Under the pieces are notes generated by a model, which did not search any database, was not told the DNA's origin, and saw nothing but the letters and a program-made list of their open reading frames with translations. DNA of 64,000 bases, from assembly GCF_033153115.1 (NCBI RefSeq), contig NW_026889782.1, positions 62,001 through 126,000 on the forward strand, written 5' to 3'. The DNA is from Saccostrea echinata (Eukaryota). Shown here one piece after another: positions 60,702-64,000 of this stretch. A program made the translations under genes and the position numbers. How positions within the stretch are numbered: position 1 is the first letter of the stretch; each line of letters starts with the position of its first letter.

Positions 60702-62205
60702 ATGGCTGAGTCTAATGAATATATGGATCAAAGTATAAATTCAAGCTTATTTAAATCTTTTTCTGGACTTACACAATCATTTGATGGAGATGAAAATATC
60801 ACTACTACTGATGTGAGTATACCACACTTTCTAAATGTGACATATAACAAATACAGTATAACTGTGTCCTTCCAACAAGAAAAATATGTAACTATTTTGA
60901 ACTATTTAAAAGAGGAACTAAAAACAAAGAAATGGGGAAAAATGGACAAATTTTCAAGTCTGATTGTGATTCTGTGACGGCCACACTCTATGCTGGGACT
61001 AGCGTCTTACACATTCAAGGTTCGTCGGCAAATACCTGGCTTGACAAATTCATTCACGACATCAAGAGCAAAGACATTAACAATATTAGTAATGTTCTGG
61101 GACAATCATCACCACAAATGGCATCAACTCCAGTTAAAAGTGCTTCTCTTGTGTCGACCAGTGAGTCAAGTGATGTACAAAATTGTACACAGTGTGCGAG
61201 TACAATTCAATCTCTACAACTGGCTATCTGTAATTTAGCTAAAGAATTACAAGAATTAAAAGAAAAATTAAAATGTCAAAAAAAGAAGACGATCACAACA
61301 AACCAATACTTATTGACAAAAACACTCAGACATCAATCAAGGTTGTGAAAAACAAGGAAACAGACGTACATGGTTTAAGATCTGCACCAACGAATTCCAT
61401 ATCTAGACACACTCAGTGCGAACATTCTTTACCGGTAAAGAAAACAAAATGCACAGCTGATTTTGGTACAAACACTGAACCACACAACCACCCAATACAT
61501 ACACCTGCAAGATCCATGATTGAAGAAAAGGAAAAATCCGGTGACACAAAACGTATAATTGGCAGTTCAATCCTACAACGGGTAAGAACCAGAGGACTAC
61601 AAAAGGGTGTTCATGTAAGAACAAATAGAGGGGCTAAACTTTCCCACAGCAAAGGTAAACTTCTCAAAATAAATGTAGCAGAATACTCCCACATCATTAT
61701 CCAAGCCGGGGGAAATGATGCCTCATCTCATCGAGACATGGACGCCATTGAACATGATGCCGCGGAAATCATCTCCAACATCAAACATCGTTCTCCGGGA
61801 ACCAAAGTATATTTTTCCGAAGTATTACCAAGACGGGATGTGGATGTATCTCATGTGAATACCACACTAAAATATGTATGTGATGAATATGGAGGTGTCT
61901 TTATTTCCAACAAAAGTGAATTCAAGGAGGTAAACCGTGTGCATTATTGGAAAGACGGTATTCATCTTTCAGACAAGGGGACGTCAATGCTACTTAAACG
62001 GATTAACAGCGAAGTTTCAATTCTGCGTGTGAATTCCGGTCGAACCAGTACGGACTCCAATGCAAGCTTTTATCAGTCTGTGACTTGCTACTTCTGTAGC
62101 GAACACGGACACACATCACGCCACTGTAGACATGGACGAAAGCTTGACTGCTGGAACTGCGGTGAATTAGGACACAAGACGAAATCCTGTCCATACATGT
62201 ACTAG
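60702..62205 (+). CDS. LINE ORF1 (coiled coil, SGNH esterase-like domain, two CCHC knuckles); two frameshifts
   Basis: IIGSSI, QAGGND, KDGIHLS; CYFCSEHGHTSRHC and CWNCGELGHKTKSC. Three overlapping ORFs shift frame near purine runs at ~60935 and ~61280. Confidence 0.85.
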
Positions 62206-64000
62206 GTATCAGGCAATGAATGTGTAGCCGTCCACAACCAAACTAAATCTTTACCAAACTCTAGTATATTTTCTATTCTTAGTATTTTATGTAATGAATG
62301 TTACAATTTTCAATGTTCATGTGACGACCATACTAATAACTGTAATAACTCTACAAATTTTAAATTGTCAAGAAAACCACATGTTAAACGAAAGACTCAA
62401 TTGAACACAGATTCTAAAAGTAATCAGAGCTTAGCTATACAAACTACTGTCATTTCTCCTATGCCTAGCTCATTCAAATCTGTTTCACAAGTAAATAACC
62501 CAGTTCCTTTGACCCATAAAAATGAAATTCAAACAACACAAAATAACCAAGGATTTGGGTTGGTAAAAAAAGGTTTACGATTCGGAAATTTAAATATTTG
62601 TCATATTATTCCAAAAATTGATGAAATAAAACTACTGCTCCAAAGTAGACAAACTTTAGATATTTTAGGTATATGCGAAACATTTTTGACCGAGCAGATA
62701 GGCAACTCTGAATTGAATATTGACGGCTTTGTTTTTGAAAGAAAAGATCGTGTACTAAAGGCAGGTGGTGGAATTTTAATATACATTTCAAATGATATTT
62801 CATATAAACGTAGAAATGATTTTGAAATCAGTAATATTGAAACAATCTGGCTAGAGATAAATTTACGAAATTCAAAACCTATATTCTATTGCTCTGCTTA
62901 TCGTCCACCATCTGCCCCCTCCTGCTGGGCAGAGGACCTAGCAAGGGAGGTTAACCGTGCCTCCTGCTGTGACGATACTGAAATAATTCTAGCAGGTGAT
63001 TTTAATATTGATTTAATGAAAGACCCCCCACAATACTGGACATCTGCTTTAGAGGAGTTTGGACTTTCACAGATGATTACTGTTCCAACTAGAATAACTA
63101 GTACCTCAAGTACCTTAATTGATCATTTTTATACAACCAAACCAGAAAACATATGTGATACCAATGTGCCCCCTATTGCTATATCTGACCACTACCCTGT
63201 ATGTTTGACACGGAAAACTAACTGCATACAGCGTAAGGGAAAACATACTGAAATCCAATATCGAGATTTTAAAAAATTCAATGAAAATAAGTTTCTAAGA
63301 GATTTAGAAAATGCAAATTTTGACATTCTTCTTGAACTAAAAGACCCAAACGAAATATTGAATAAATTTTATGAATTATTTAATGATATTCTTAACAAAC
63401 ATGCCAAAGTAAAAACTAAAAGAGTCAAGACTGAAATTCGACCTAAATGGCTTACACAGGAAATAAATGATGCTAGACTTTTACGTGATACATACCATCT
63501 ACAAAGGAATTCAGAAAATTACAAATTTTGGAGAAATAAAGTTACACAATTAATAGATCAAGCCAAATCAAAGTATTACAAATCAGCAATTGAAGAAAGT
63601 TCAAGTCCTAAAGAAACGTGGAGTTATTTAAACCATTTGGCATCCGATTCCAAAAATTTTACACCTAACCGTATTACACAAAATGGTTTGGATTTTGAGA
63701 ATTTACAGGATATTGTTGATATCTTTAACAAACACTTTACAGAAATATCCTGTAAGTTATTAGCAAATATATCAGTACAAAGTTTTGATTCAGAATTATT
63801 AAATCAATTTACAGAAACTAAACTAGGGAAAGAAAATTTTTTCAGTATAAATCAAATAAGTGAGTTTGAAGTATTTAATATGTTGAATACACTTGATGTG
63901 AACAAGTCAGCAGGCATTGACTTTATTGGACCTCGTCTACTAAAACTTTCGGCAAATGTTATATGCAAATCCATTACACATCTTGTAAATGCTAGCATTA
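62206..64000 (+). CDS. CR1/L2-like LINE ORF2 (APE endonuclease to start of RT), open to the window end
   Basis: GNLNI, LGICETFL, AYRPP, AGDFNID, PTRIT...LIDH, ISDHYPV, KSAGID motifs; first ATG at 62461. Confidence 0.92.

Overview
AT-rich, repeat-dense animal DNA, most likely a bivalve and probably an oyster (inferred from pearl/CvA-like 156-bp-repeat elements and Nin/Deu-like SINEs). No host gene is recognisable. The centrepiece is a full-length ~23.8-kb Polinton/Maverick endogenous virus (7605-31451). It has AGTAGT termini, 60-bp perfect TIRs and a 6-bp ATAGAT target-site duplication, and it sits inside a tRNA-derived SINE. It carries the canonical core: pPolB, packaging ATPase, adenain-like protease, major and minor capsid proteins and a chromo-integrase. 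It also carries an unusual accessory set that looks like a host-manipulation toolkit: a 71-aa DP71L/ICP34.5/GADD34-like PP1-eIF2alpha adaptor, a CARD-PC4-PC4-Zn-finger protein, a membrane-anchored PC4 protein, a spliced mucin-like type I membrane protein with two alternative TM/tail exons, and a 4-exon gene ending in a second RVxF motif. pPolB is split by a spliceosomal intron that has absorbed a 2.7-kb Harbinger-like element. Ten perfect CRE (TGACGTCA) sites lie in the TIRs and in an internal promoter copy. Several point lesions suggest a mildly decayed copy. The rest of the window is nested transposons: two degenerate DIRS/Ngaro retroelements, Helentron-type HINEs with 156-bp arrays, a 7.4-kb non-autonomous CACTA element, SINEs, LINE fragments and a CR1/L2-like LINE running off the right edge. 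All protein assignments come from motif recognition by eye, not database searches.
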